DNA of 63,365 nt, filler included, from Globobulimina sp. (Eukaryota), in the NCBI GenBank assembly GCA_003354225.1. It is 54 parts of 54 records of this genome, joined end to end, with 100 filler letters (N's around TTAATTAATTAA, not from the genome) between each part and the next. Parts side by side here need not be neighbours in the genome. Positions count along the whole stretch, not along the records: positions 1 to 1,076 come from PIVH01024164.1; positions 1,177 to 2,252 come from PIVH01024165.1; positions 2,353 to 3,428 come from PIVH01024166.1; positions 3,529 to 4,604 come from PIVH01024167.1; positions 4,705 to 5,780 come from PIVH01024168.1; positions 5,881 to 6,956 come from PIVH01024169.1; positions 7,057 to 8,132 come from PIVH01024170.1; positions 8,233 to 9,308 come from PIVH01024171.1; 46 more parts are not named here. One strand, written 5' to 3'. The notes under the pieces were generated by a model, which was not told the DNA's origin, searched no databases, and was given only the letters and a program-made list of their open reading frames with translations. Within the stretch, counting starts at the first letter, position 1; each line of letters begins with the position of its first letter. Shown piece after piece: positions 1-12,936 of this stretch. The translations under genes and the position numbers were made by a program.

Positions 1-94
1 GAGCGAGTGTGTTTCAGCGAAGCGTTTTTTATACCAAACTAAATAAATGTATTTCACACAAAGTTTATAATGTCACAGTGTGAAAGAGAGTGAT

Positions 95-1075
95 TCATAA
101 TTTGAAATTTGAAGCATAATTCGGATATCCAATGGATGCTCTTTCTTTGAGAGGCAAGCATAAGAAATTGATGAAATCCTGATATTCCTGAGCATCATAT
201 TGGACATCAGCTAATGGATTGGCAGTATTATTAATTTGTTTATTTAAGAATTTGAAGCGATTAAAATAAATTGTTTCTGTTTTGGAATGGGACATATTGA
301 GATTGTAGTTATTGACTATTGACCAGAATGTATCCATCATATTTCTGGAGAGCGAATCAGATAATCCGTTGGCTGAGGATGAAATCCAGTCAATCCAAAC
401 AAGAAACTTATAATCGAGCATTAAATGGCACAGCTCGTATACGAATAACATTAAATTGTAAGAGGAGGACCATTTCTTCCGTATGGCATAATAACATGAC
501 TCGTTGTCAATAAATAAATGGATGGTCTTTCCGGATAAATAATATCGGAATGTATATAATGCTGATAAAATAACGTGGGCCTCCTTCTGATTAATATGCC
601 ATTCATTGGTATGGGTGGAGCTGAACTGGTAATTGGACCAATATCCACCAATGACATAGCCGCCATGGGTCGAGGATGCATCTGTTGATGCTGAGATGGA
701 TACTTTTTTGGTCATCAATATTTCGGACATTGGTACTTTTAAGATTTGATCAGCATAAAAGTACCAATATTTCATGTCATTTAATATGGATAATGGAAGG
801 ATAAAATGGTGATTTTTAGGATATAATCCGGAGCGAATATTATCATATATAAAATGGAGCAAGTTCCAGCATAACGCTTTTGTTGGTTGCTTTAATTGGG
901 CCCAATGCATAATTGTGCCACATATGGACTCCAGCGCTCCTCCGGTAATCACCCGATAACGCAATGTATATAGGATTAATTGTTTAAAGTTGGTATATTT
1001 GATTTGGGGGATTCCGACCATTTTATTTTTCAAATCAAAGAATATACCATAGATTATGGCGGATTGACAAGTTCG
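95..1075 (-). mobile_element. DIRS/Ngaro-type (tyrosine-recombinase) retrotransposon pol fragment: RT C-terminus plus RNase H
   Basis: Frame open to contig edge; RNase H acidic motifs STDASS, HINQKE, FIDN, ANGLSDSLSR with DIRS1-type spacing; RT thumb-like LESICGTIMHWA. Confidence 0.85.
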
Positions 1076-1076
1076 A

Positions 1077-1176
1077 NNNNNNNNNNNNNNNNNNNNNNNN
1101 NNNNNNNNNNNNNNNNNNNNTTAATTAATTAANNNNNNNNNNNNNNNNNNNNNNNNNNNNNNNNNNNNNNNNNNNN
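1077..1176. other. Artificial contig-joining linker (N44-TTAATTAATTAA-N44); first of 53, recurring about every 1,175 bp
   Basis: Same 100-nt spacer with a six-frame stop cassette throughout; intervening contigs decrease in length from 1076 to 1074 bp. Confidence 0.99.
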
Positions 1177-2211
1177 TTCATATAGTAATATTGGTAAATT
1201 TGAGCTGAATAAAATGGAATCAATTACATTACAACAAACCTCTGTTTCCACTCCGACCATTGTTACAAAAGCTGGTGATAACACATTTAGATTGCCGCAT
1301 AATACCACTGTTTTACCCAATGACCCTTTGAATATAGCAGTGGCTGATTGGTACTATGATATTCTTGCAGATGGTGGTTATTTATGGTGCGGGAAACCAG
1401 AACAGTCACCAAATACTCGTCTGGCTACAAATGTTTTTAAACGAATGCGTATGTTATTTTGTGCATTGTGTTATTAATAATTATTTTTATCATATAATTG
1501 ATAGAGCATACGTGTTATTACAGAGGTTCTACATTATCCAAAACAAGCGGGTCGCAGAGATCTGATAATGAGAGGATTCATCATTTTAATGCAGAGCAAT
1601 GTAGCTTTAATATTGATGATATACCAAATTGTGCCAAAGTGTGGGTCATAATTTATGAGAGATGTCAAGGATGGGATTATTGTGCGGTGACTTTAGTGGA
1701 AGCGAGTGATGTTCAAATATATCACCGAGGAGATCAAGATTTGAATAATATATTGAATGGAATGAAAGTTGATTTTCCGATTGTTTCTTGGAAATCTGGT
1801 TGGAATCGAGCACAAACTCAAGATTCAGAGCATAACTGGTCTGTTGATTATATTACTGATATTTTCTTGGTGTTACATGAATGTGAGGCAAGTTTTGATG
1901 ATTTCTCGGGATGTTCTAAATGTTCATCAAGATATTTTGAGGCGGAATATGATCCAAAGAAAAAATATGAAGATTTAAGAATTTATAAATATGATCGAGA
2001 AGCACAATTTTGTCGACCACAAGCAGGAATTTGGGAGAATGAATGTAAAGAAAATTTATTTTGTCCTAAAGGTTGGCCAAAGAATGAGTTTGAGGATCAT
2101 CAATATTGGACATGTCGAACAAATTTTAATGGACAACAAGAAGTTTCTACAGGAACACAATTTACTCAACAACCAGTAAATCAAGGCTTTGCTTGTGTTA
2201 ACTCAGCATGA
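1177..2211 (+). CDS. Uncharacterised Cys-containing eukaryotic protein, two exons (intron 1449-1504)
   Basis: 56-nt GT..AG intron joins ORFs 1214-1477 and 1498-2211 in frame (..KRMQHTCYY..). Confidence 0.6.
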
Positions 2212-2352
2212 ACAATTTACTCAATATATTATAAGTGTGTTTGTGGTGTTGTNNNNNNNNNNNNNNNNNNNNNNNNNNNNNNNNNNNNNNNNNNNNTTAA
2301 TTAATTAANNNNNNNNNNNNNNNNNNNNNNNNNNNNNNNNNNNNNNNNNNNN

Positions 2353-3044
2353 TTACAAATATACTCTCCCAATGAATTAGTTATTGTGCCCAAAACAGCG
2401 CCTATCATAACCAACGAAACGCCAATAATGTATTCTTTATTATTATCAGCTATTACTGTTTGGGTATAGCTGCTGTTTGGTGCAAATATTTTGACTGAAA
2501 TAGCACACAAAACACTAAAAATTAAAAATAATATTCCAAAATAATCGGCTTTATACCACGTTTTATGGAAACAATACTTATCCACGATACTGGCCAATAC
2601 AATACACATCACCTCCATGATTGCTTTAATTGTCATGCCCAGTTTCCACAAACTAATAAAATGAATAGAGACCTGAAAGAGTGCTAAAATTTGGATTATC
2701 AAAATTAATAATAAGTGTTTTGTTGGTAGGTCTTTTAAAATGGATTGTGACTGCCTGAAATATTGAAGAGATAATAAAATTGCTTCTTGAAAAAGTAAAA
2801 AAAATACATCTCCGCCTCCAAAGTATGCCTTCTTTCCATTTGAGTCAAGTGTTTCCAATAAGTTTAAATATTGGATGCAATATCGAGCAATTATCACCAG
2901 CGCCAAATACATGCATGAATAAGTGATGCCTTTTGCTGTGATATTATTAACAAGCAGATTAGGCGTAATTATTGCATCTTCATCATCGATTGTGACTTTC
3001 TTTGCAGTATCTATTTGCACGATAGTTGCATTGCAATTGGCCAT
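2353..3044 (-). CDS. Multi-pass DMT / nucleotide-sugar-transporter-like (SLC35-like) protein, 3' truncated
   Basis: At least 7 hydrophobic helices; C-terminal IIGVSLVMIGAVLGTITNSLGE resembles DMT/SLC35 helices. Confidence 0.55.
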
Positions 3045-3530
3045 TGATGCTATTAAATAATTGCAAGCGGAGATTCAATATTGCATGCACGGCGAATCAA
3101 TAGTACATTTTTTGGCAGCTGGTGATGTGGATATATACGTTCCACAGGTTTTTTTTTAGTTTTTTACTTTTCTTCTCAGTTAAGAGCAAAAAATGGCACA
3201 TCTTTCATCTACGGTAACACAAAAGTTGTTGAATAAATCTATCTATCCATTCAACAAACAAACAAACAAAACATAGTAGTTGTGATGTATTGACCGCATC
3301 CACAGCTCCAACAGTATTACAACGACATGAAACGGATGAAACTGATGACGGAAAACATATGCATTTTGTGTCATGGTCCCGCGACAATGAATGGAGTGAA
3401 GAAGAAAAAAGAGTAATTGCTGACGTACNNNNNNNNNNNNNNNNNNNNNNNNNNNNNNNNNNNNNNNNNNNNTTAATTAATTAANNNNNNNNNNNNNNNN
3501 NNNNNNNNNNNNNNNNNNNNNNNNNNNNAT

Positions 3531-3827
3531 TTATTTGCGGATAAAATTAGAGCTTTACCAATTACGATATGTCCCGCATTTGAAGATTTTGAGGCCAATA
3601 ATAATGCCGAGGCGGTCTATATCAATAACAATCCAAATGATTATATTCAAACAGCGTCATTTGTAAAATATAAATTTGAACAAGTCAGTACTAATAAAAA
3701 AAGGGAAATTTATAGCCATTTAACCTGCGCCATGGACGACAAAAATATTGATGATGTATTCAGCGATGTCGTATGTATTATATTGCGTCAATTGGCACAG
3801 AACTGCAAAATGTTATCGTTGACATAA
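3531..3827 (+). CDS. Heterotrimeric G-protein alpha subunit, C-terminal fragment (absent from ORF track)
   Basis: Manual translation LFADKI...FVKYKFEQVSTNKKREIYSHLTCAMDDKNIDDVFSDVVCIILRQ..* contains the G5 TCA motif and the alpha5 helix. Confidence 0.9.
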   Translation, partial: LFADKIRALPITICPAFEDFEANNNAEAVYINNNPNDYIQTASFVKYKFEQVSTNKKREIYSHLTCAMDDKNIDDVFSDVVCIILRQLAQNCKMLSLT

Positions 3828-4313
3828 ATATCTGTAAAAAAGATCGACAACAATACCAGAAAAGAAAAAATATATAAAAGACAAAAGACAACGTTCAGCA
3901 GACTCTCAATCTGTTTTTTTTTAATGCAAATTTCGTATTGAAAAAAATAGATTGTCCCAAATCGTTAATTGAGTAATTTCAATTAAGTCTGGGAAGAAGT
4001 CTTTACATTGTTATATTTGTTTTTGTTGTTTTATATATTTCGTTAATTTCTATTAATTATAATTTTTAGTTGAACCAACAATAAACGATATATACATAGC
4101 AGTAAGACTAAAAGCGCAACATTGCATTGCGGCGCAGTAAGACTTTTTCAATTTATGTGGCGCACATTTTCATTAAATGTCCTGTTAATTGGATTTGTTA
4201 TAACTTTGTTATGCCGGAGTTTGTATAAAAACTGAGTTTGCCAAATAGTCGTATCTCAATATGTAGGATTACTGCTTCGTTTTCAGAGTTTGAAGTATTT
4301 TTATCTTACTACC

Positions 4314-4604
4314 ATGGAGGAACAAAAAAAAGCAGAAAATTCAGGAAATGAGAAGGACATCGAGTATATTAAATCAATGGTTGAAACGCATCATGATTTT
4401 CCTAAAAAAGGAATTAATTTTCGAGACATATTTCCTGTATTACGCGATCCCAAAGGATTTGAGATGCTTATAAATCGATTATGTTATCATATTCAATCGA
4501 CATATGGTGATAAAGTAAATGTCATTGTTGGTTTAGATTCGCGTGGTTTCTTATTTGGACCAATAATGTCACTGCGATTAAAATGTGCCTTTGTGCCGAT
4601 AAGA
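4314..4604 (+). CDS. APRT: Adenine phosphoribosyltransferase, N-terminal part
   Basis: DFPKKGINFRDIFPVL, IVGLDSRGFLFG, AFVPIR are APRT signatures. Confidence 0.95.
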
Positions 4605-4704
4605 NNNNNNNNNNNNNNNNNNNNNNNNNNNNNNNNNNNNNNNNNNNNTTAATTAATTAANNNNNNNNNNNNNNNNNNNNNNNNNNNNNNNNNNNNNNNN
4701 NNNN

Positions 4705-5458
4705 CATTGGATTTATTGTAGGTATCTTCCACATGGCGCCAGGGACAGCCATTGCCTTTGTTGTATGAGGAGGAGCAGGTTGGCGACGCGTCGCTGGCCG
4801 GACTTGCCATGTTAGTAAATTGCAGATTGTCGCACGAATCTTCTTCGTTTAACATCACAAACCCATTGTTATTGTGGTTGTGGTTGTTGGTGATTATACC
4901 TTTGATTTTCGACAAAGAATTGCCTGCGCATTTAACCGGTTGGACGAAGGGAGCTAATTTAGGCGGTTTCAGTGCCGAAGGCTCGTCAGTCTCCGTTTCG
5001 CAGTCACTGATTGTGTCCAGATTGTAATCATTGAGTACAAAATGGTCGTTAGCTGTCACCAGGTTGTTATCGCAATTGTTGTTGGTGTTGTTGTTAGGAG
5101 TTAATGGCGCTTTTTTGTATACAGTTTTGAGAGGGGATACCGTTACCGGTTTGGATATCGATTCGAATTTTGTTTCAAAGTTCGGATGTAATAATGCCTG
5201 CACTGCCTGTTTTAAATGCAATCGATCGCCGATGGTAACATGCATATTTTGTAAGCGTTTGTTACTTTGCTCGGTATCCATAGATATCGATATTAAGTCA
5301 GCGCCGGTAATTTTATGTTTTTTGAAAATAGTGGCGGCTGCTTTTAATTCAGCCTTGTCAACGGTGGACAACCATGAATAGACATGATCGGGTGTCCAAC
5401 TTCGCACATTTACTTCCCAGTAATGATCGGTGGGTGCGTGGGTGCAGTGATTGCCCAT
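4705..5458 (-). CDS. SAM-domain protein with possible N-myristoylation (MGN..) and Asn-rich tail, 3' truncated
   Basis: VRSWTPDHVYSWL...FKKHKITGADLI...VTIGDRLHLKQAV is a SAM domain pattern. Confidence 0.8.
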
Positions 5459-5880
5459 TTTGTCAGTTAAGTTCTAGTGAACCAACTTAAACTAAAAAAA
5501 AAAAACTCTGGCAATTTGCATTGAGTTTTCAAAAAAATCGGTGTATTATTAAAACTATATGATCGGTGTATTAAAACTATCGTAGTATCGTTATACTAGA
5601 TCAACGTTTTAAACTGTATACATTATCCTCGCACAAACATTTTAAAATTAATTATGTTTCAAAAAAAGAATGTTCTAAAGTACGTCCAACGTTGACATAA
5701 AAGTCATAAATATTCCATCAGTGGCATCCACTAAGTCTAAACCGAAGAACTTAGGGAATATACTTTCAATTTCCTTCATANNNNNNNNNNNNNNNNNNNN
5801 NNNNNNNNNNNNNNNNNNNNNNNNTTAATTAATTAANNNNNNNNNNNNNNNNNNNNNNNNNNNNNNNNNNNNNNNNNNNN

Positions 5881-6956
5881 ATTTCATTTAATTTGATGAT
5901 TAGATCAAGATATACCACTTCGTATTTTACCTCACATTTTAAAATGATATTTGAATCAATGTAATCTACGTCGTATCTTAAACCATAATCATTATTAAGT
6001 GTTTCTTTAATTATTTTCTTATCATTATCGCTTAAAATATAATTATTTAATTCAAAAACTTCAAACAAATCATCGATATATCTTACTTCGATTAAAATAT
6101 TTATTGCGTTTATTTTTGTTATACTTAATTTATTTTCAAATATTCTAAATAACCATTTTCTTGTTTTGTACTCAATGAATAACAAACAGATATTTGCAAT
6201 GTTGGGTGAAATAATCCAGCCAGTTGCAACAACGCGATTTAATTTGCAAATTTTACCATGAAATTGAATGAATGTTAAGTCAAAAACCATATTAATAATC
6301 TCAGTCACACCATTTTGAAACATATAATTTATTTTAATTTTATCCATCAACCATCGAACTGCGACAATTATGTCATTTAAACCTAATGATTCGTATAACT
6401 TTGATACGTCAGCAGCTCTTTGGATGATTTCATGATCAATAAATTTGTATTTTTCCTCAATGTGATTAAGAATATTTTTAAGTTGATATGAATTTTCTAA
6501 TATTATGTTATATTTTGTATGAAGGCGAAATATTGCAAGATATCCACATAGTTTTTTGTTTAAAATACGTTGGAAAAAATTCGAAGGATGTGTACCTAAA
6601 CAGAGTACAGGGCGCCAACTAAAAGGTAATCCTTTGTGTATTTTGTGGAGTGCTCCGATAACAGCTAATTTCGGATAGTTTTTATTATTAATTATGTCAT
6701 ATAAACCATTTACAAATGTGTTATAACCAATTTCTAATTCAATATTCCATGCATTATTGTATATTTTCATGAAGTTTTTATAAAATTTAAAAATTTGCGT
6801 CATTACAAATTTAGAAACCTCCCATTCTTCGTTTGATAATAAAATAAAGTTATTGCCATCTAATAATTTGAAAGTTTCTTCGAATAAATTTTCTTTTGTC
6901 ATTATTTCTAATCCCATATTTTTGTGTAATTCAACAAAAACGAGATTTTCTTTTTT
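5881..6956 (-). mobile_element. Penelope-like element reverse transcriptase fragment
   Basis: KIHK..WRPV, ADVSKLYESL, ATGWIISPNIANI, RYIDDLF, VVYLDLII occur in PLE/TERT-like RT order. Confidence 0.85.
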
Positions 6957-7296
6957 NNNNNNNNNNNNNNNNNNNNNNNNNNNNNNNNNNNNNNNNNNNN
7001 TTAATTAATTAANNNNNNNNNNNNNNNNNNNNNNNNNNNNNNNNNNNNNNNNNNNNAAATAAGGCAATGATCAAATATTCTGAAACCAATTTCACAATGG
7101 ACATGTTTGAGCAAGCGTTTGTCACACTTCACTAACCACACATATGTCCAAACGGTTTGGCTGATTTGCCTATTTTATGAAATGAATAGTGTCAATCTAA
7201 AATTCTTTAACAACAAAAATCAGAAAATACCAAACACAAAAAGTATAAAAATAATAACAATCAATATAGTTTTATGTAATAAATAAAAGAGGTACA

Positions 7297-8132
7297 TTAT
7301 GCAAATAATTTTTTAATTTTGGTCCATTTCCTGTCTTGTATCACACCATATTTCTCCCAATGACATTTTGCTATTATTTTATCATTCATATCAATAATTT
7401 GTTCAATTTGTATTTTAATATCAATTTGCAATGAAGATAATAATAAAACATTGGGAATGTCGTGATACAAACACTGTTTTGTACACTCATTAAATCCATA
7501 TCCAACACTTGCGCGTTTTATTTCTTTTACACTCACAACATTTCCATTTCCAATCAATACATACGTCGCTTTTATAGTATACATCATATCCATGGTTTTA
7601 ATATTAATCGGCAACCTTAATATTCTTAAATACAACATCAAGGGCTCGAGCTCATGGCTTGTTGTGTTTGCATCTTGTTTCTGATTGAACCCTTTCGGTG
7701 CAATAAATAGACAAAAACTCTCCGTTTCTCCAGACCCAAAATTTTCAGAATAAAACGTTTTCCCTAATTCACAATTGTACAGCTTAGCGATTGAGACTAT
7801 CCATTCATACCTTGTGATTTGAGACGTTTTCGCGATGCATTCGGATGATTCTTCAATCGATTTCTTCTGCCCATCATTGTATATTATGCGTAATACATTT
7901 ATATAACAGTTAAAATCTATTTTTTTTGCATTTCTACATTTTGATAATTTCATATTAAACGGATTCCAGCCAATACAATTGCTGGTATTGATTGTATCGA
8001 ATGTATGGACGGATTTCCATAAACAGTCAAACGCAGCACATTGCAATCTATAATATATGGTTAGGGATTCGATATGTTGTGGCAATTTGGATAAAGTAAC
8101 ACCAAAAATGACTTGGTCTTGATCATTTATTG
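7297..8132 (-). CDS. Hypothetical protein (weak MATH-like beta-rich C-terminal region)
   Basis: ORF of at least 262 aa; YEW..FYSENF..FCLFIAPKG..LYLRIL pattern only suggestive. Confidence 0.45.
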
Positions 8133-8232
8133 NNNNNNNNNNNNNNNNNNNNNNNNNNNNNNNNNNNNNNNNNNNNTTAATTAATTAANNNNNNNNNNNN
8201 NNNNNNNNNNNNNNNNNNNNNNNNNNNNNNNN

Positions 8233-9158
8233 TGAATCGACGACAAGGTCGAACTCAATAATCCCAAATCGAGTGACAACTCATTATTATTCTGCACAGC
8301 CTCGGCATCCGCAGTTGTTTCATATGGCTCAAACACTGGCGGTGCCGGCATTGGCATGCGATTACTCACTGATACTGCAGCTGTACATGTTGGCGGCTGT
8401 TTATTCTTTGCATTTGAGCTGGAAACAGAGGTCGATGTTGATGTTGCTTTGCTGGCTGACGGTGATTTACTGCCTGTCACAAATTGATATAGTAAATGTT
8501 TGTTATTATTAACAACACATTCTACAATCTCCATACTTTCCGCTGTAAAGTGTTTGAATATTAACTGATTATCATCGTCATTCTCTGCCACTGCTTTATC
8601 ACTGGCAATGTGTTGCTTATTCATAGCTTTCTTTTTAGTTCTTATTTTAGTTAACTTTGAAACGCGTTGCTTTCTGAACACAATCTTTGATTTGATGACA
8701 GGTTTTCTAATATTTGTATCAGGCAGCAACATCTCATCCGGTTTGCTGTCCAATGATGACTCAATTTGTTTATTTCCGTGTGATAATATTTTGTGTTTAA
8801 ACTGATAAAATATTTCCAAGAATCGTGCTTTATAATTTTCATCATAATGTAATACATTGCTATCTGTTAAGAAGTCAATGTCCCGCAATAATATCGTTAA
8901 CAATTTAACCACAACATACTGATCACGAATATGAGTGAAGTTACTCACAATGTCAGTCACCAACCATTCATCCGTGGTTATCAATATTTTAATTAATACG
9001 GCTTCGGATAAACATAATTCCGTCACTCTTTCTTGAATGGAGCTCAATGTTTCGAATGTTTTTTCTTTCCGTTTGGCTTCATCAAAAACAACATTGTCAT
9101 CAAAAAAAGTGATCACCGGTTTAGGAGTAATTTGATGAATGTAACAGATCCAAATCAT
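8233..9158 (-). CDS. Hypothetical protein with Ser/Pro-rich C-terminal region
   Basis: Long open frame; no family recognised. Confidence 0.45.
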
Positions 9159-9408
9159 AAAAGCATACGCGCAGGAGGAGAGCGCCGCAGAGCATTTTAG
9201 AAAACAGAATATGGACTATTTCGCGAGCAATATAGGACTCATAAAGATGCACAGTCTTTTTCTCCCGATGATCACGATCGTGAGCGCCATGGGGATGTTG
9301 GTGGTCATNNNNNNNNNNNNNNNNNNNNNNNNNNNNNNNNNNNNNNNNNNNNTTAATTAATTAANNNNNNNNNNNNNNNNNNNNNNNNNNNNNNNNNNNN
9401 NNNNNNNN

Positions 9409-10484
9409 AGACTAATTGCGTGCAAAACTATGTTTGCAAACTGGTTCCAATCAATGGCGAAAAATACCATACCTTTGTACCAGCATTTATAAGATACACC
9501 GCATTCATCATCTTATCTTGTCTTGTTGTCATTGTCATTGATATCATTGATTATGTCCACCAGAACAATTCCATCACTCCAATATTTAATTACATATTAA
9601 TGTATCAGGTGCTTACCATATCAATATGGGAGAGCGCATTTACATTTGTCCGATACTATGCCACCAGAGGAACCACACAGTTCTTCGGTAAACTATCCAC
9701 GACAAAAATATACCGAAAATTTATGATTTACGCTGTGCTGTTTTCAATATTATATCTGCTCCAAATTCACATTTGTTATTGGATACTCCCAATACTTGTC
9801 AGCATCAACATTGTATTCAACATCTATTACAACCATCGATTTGCTGCCATTCTTCTCAAACAATACAATGCGTTTCAATTCGAAGAGGACTTTATACAAA
9901 TTGTGAGAAAAGTAAAATTACTGCAAAACCTATCTATTGTTTATGGCATATCGCAATGTGTCTCACTCACTTTATTCATAATGACCTACAGTATAAACAA
10001 TATATTTGTCAATAATCGTCAGTCGCATTCGCCATCGCAGCCATTCGTTGTCAATACGTTATCATATTTGGTTGACGCAATGCCGTTATTTTGGTGCATA
10101 TCAACAGGTGTTTATGCCATCAGTTTTGTGAGGAATCAGAAGCATTTCCAGCACATTAAACGCCAGCTCCCAGGCTTTAAAATTCAAATCACAGTCAAGG
10201 AGAAGCTGCAAGAAGCTATAAAGGAACCAAAGGATGAACAACAACAAACAGCAAATGATCAACAAATTAAAAAACAACCGAGCGATGAGGAATTGTCGAG
10301 TGCCATGCCATCGGTTAATAATACCGTGCCAAGCCATGCCATCCAATGCGATATTGAGCTGGTACAGTCACAGTCGGCCCCGATAGAAGTAGCTGTACCT
10401 ATCACTATGGCAAAGCTGCACAATTCAAAGTCAATGCCGATCGCGACAACAATGATAGCAACGTCACCGCCGTTGAATAGTACA
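9409..10484 (+). CDS. Divergent 7TM/GPCR-like membrane protein with long cytoplasmic tail
   Basis: 6-7 hydrophobic segments, FVRYY at the end of a TM3-like helix, hydrophilic C-tail. Confidence 0.55.
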
Positions 10485-10584
10485 NNNNNNNNNNNNNNNN
10501 NNNNNNNNNNNNNNNNNNNNNNNNNNNNTTAATTAATTAANNNNNNNNNNNNNNNNNNNNNNNNNNNNNNNNNNNNNNNNNNNN

Positions 10585-10821
10585 CGATCCAAACCATAAT
10601 GTTAATTTCGATGATTTCCCTGAACTATCAACCATTGGCATTTCATTTGAATTTATTAATGGATCTGATTCAATCGTTTCTTTCAATAAATTACATTCCT
10701 TTTTTGTGTAAACCTGGGGGATAATCGCAAACCCATTCTTCCAGTAATCGGATCTCAATAAATGTGAATCATAAATTGCTCGTGACTGTGGTATATTTGC
10801 TACACGTTTTAGCTGCAACAT
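10585..10821 (-). CDS. PhyH-family Fe(II)/2-oxoglutarate dioxygenase, N-terminus
   Basis: DYWKNGFAIIPQVYTKKECNLLKE is the typical PhyH N-terminal motif; basic leader may be a mitochondrial presequence. Confidence 0.7.
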
Positions 10822-10878
10822 TACACAAAAAAAAAGAGCAATAAAGTGCAAGGATAAATGTTTTTTTTGTAAATCACA

Positions 10879-11660
10879 TCATGCATAAATAATATAATCA
10901 TCTCCTGTTGTATATGGATTTTGATTATTAGTCCCACTCAATTCATCACCATCACCCTCATCATCTGTTAAGTGACTCAAGTCCTCTGTTTCTACAGATT
11001 GATGATAAACATTCTTTTTTTGTTTACCAAATATACGCAAACATCCAATCACACATAAACTACATCCAAATGCACAAAGCCATATAATAACAGCAATAAT
11101 AATAAACACTATCAACAATTCCGTTGTTGTTCCACCTTCGTCTTTTTCTGTTTCTTCGTCCATTGTTGGTTCAGCTGTTGGTGCATCAATGTTTGATTCA
11201 AATCCTGCTGAAATATATAAAGCATCCTCTCTGATTTTAACACTCTTAAAACATATTTCCATCCACCTCACATCACTCGCATTGCCAGTATCAAATTCAA
11301 TATATCTCACTTGTAACAATAAATCGTTAATTATATTTTGCAATTCCTTCTCAATCAAACTAATCAATCCTTTTATGACAACGCCCTTTATGGTGTCCTC
11401 AACATCAATCCATGAATCCGCAATGTTGAAAAACGTTTTGCAAATATTACTATCTCCACCAAAATTAAAATGCGTATTTCCTTCAACAATATGAATTGTT
11501 GACTTATTTATATATACGCTCATTGTGCACGCATTGTCATGCAATATATTTATGTTTAATGATACGTTCCAATTCGATATGTTTGGTGTGGTAGCTCCAT
11601 TACATGCCAATGACCAAATTATTGTTTCCTGGATTTTGAATTTGAATCTTTTTAGTAATA
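10879..11660 (-). CDS. Type I membrane protein with possible BPI/LBP (TULIP)-like ectodomain, 5' truncated
   Basis: Beta-rich region, amphipathic helix LIEKELQNIINDLL, PTAEPT linker, single TM helix, acidic tail. Confidence 0.45.
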
Positions 11661-11848
11661 NNNNNNNNNNNNNNNNNNNNNNNNNNNNNNNNNNNNNNNN
11701 NNNNTTAATTAATTAANNNNNNNNNNNNNNNNNNNNNNNNNNNNNNNNNNNNNNNNNNNNAAGAAATCAAACAAAACTGGGATTACTCTGAAATAAAAGA
11801 ACACTTTGTTTCAAAAAGTTTCTTTTCTTATTTTTTTTGCTTAATTAC

Positions 11849-12736
11849 TCATTGAGTAACTTCGATATTAATTACTCCGTCAAATCCAGCAAGATGTAGA
11901 ATATCCTCATCTGACTGAATAACATTCCCATTCTCTGTTGTCAATGTAAACGGTATACACAATCCTCTTTTTGCATATCTTTGGATTAATTTCCTTTTCA
12001 ACGCATCCATTGTAAACTCATTGACCTCTGTGTCTGGATTCTTTTTTAACACAACACGTTTCTTAATAACCCCAAATTTTGTAGTTGCTACTATTCGCAT
12101 TTTCTTTTTGGAGAATGTTCCATTCAAATTATTATTATTTAATATATCTTTATTGTTTTCCTGTTTACATCGCCAACAATTCCAATTATCTCCGAGTGTC
12201 CTAAATATTGGATGTCCTGAAAACCAATGAAAAATCATTCTAATTATGTCACCGCACACATTCTCACATTCAGCTCCTCGAATAAAACCAAACAATAACA
12301 CTTCATCATATGGTATTATCTCAAAATCATTTCTTTCATAAAAAGAGCAAATTGGTACAATATCTTCATGCATTTGAATAAGTTCACCGCCACCTGCTCT
12401 CAAATCAAAATATTCACCAAAAGCATGCTTCCGTTTGAATTTTCTAACAATGATTTTCCTCAAATACTCCATCGTATAGTGACAATCCATATTTTTTTGA
12501 GGCTTATTTTTCATCACAATGCGTTTTTTACAGTTTGCATATATCACAATTATAGACAATTGGTTCGGTATTGACGGTTCCGGAACGTCATATGATTGAA
12601 CTCGCGACCATCCACTCTCTGCATCTTTATATCTGCTCAGATCGGGCGACTCAAAAACCATTCTTAATTTTGTCTCAATTTCCATCTCAGCTTCGAATCT
12701 CTTGCTGACATAAAGTGAATTTTTATTGAATGACAT
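11849..12736 (-). CDS. Hypothetical protein with duplicated PB1/ubiquitin-like segments, LLFGFIR helix motif and partial RanBP2-type Zn knuckle
   Basis: Internal repeat (KKRIVMK..YTMEYLRKIIVRKF / KKRVVLK..FTMDALKRKLIQRY); WNCWRCKQEN. Confidence 0.5.
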   Translation of the reverse strand: MSFNKNSLYVSKRFEAEMEIETKLRMVFESPDLSRYKDAESGWSRVQSYDVPEPSIPNQLSIIVIYANCKKRIVMKNKPQKNMDCHYTMEYLRKIIVRKFKRKHAFGEYFDLRAGGGELIQMHEDIVPICSFYERNDFEIIPYDEVLLFGFIRGAECENVCGDIIRMIFHWFSGHPIFRTLGDNWNCWRCKQENNKDILNNNNLNGTFSKKKMRIVATTKFGVIKKRVVLKKNPDTEVNEFTMDALKRKLIQRYAKRGLCIPFTLTTENGNVIQSDEDILHLAGFDGVINIEVTQ

Positions 12737-12936
12737 TTTCTCGGCTGTTTACAAAATAAAATGCATACAAAATATAGAAAATTACAAAGTATTAATTAAA
12801 TTAACTTTGATTTAATGGCACGAATTCTTCATGAATNNNNNNNNNNNNNNNNNNNNNNNNNNNNNNNNNNNNNNNNNNNNTTAATTAATTAANNNNNNNN
12901 NNNNNNNNNNNNNNNNNNNNNNNNNNNNNNNNNNNN

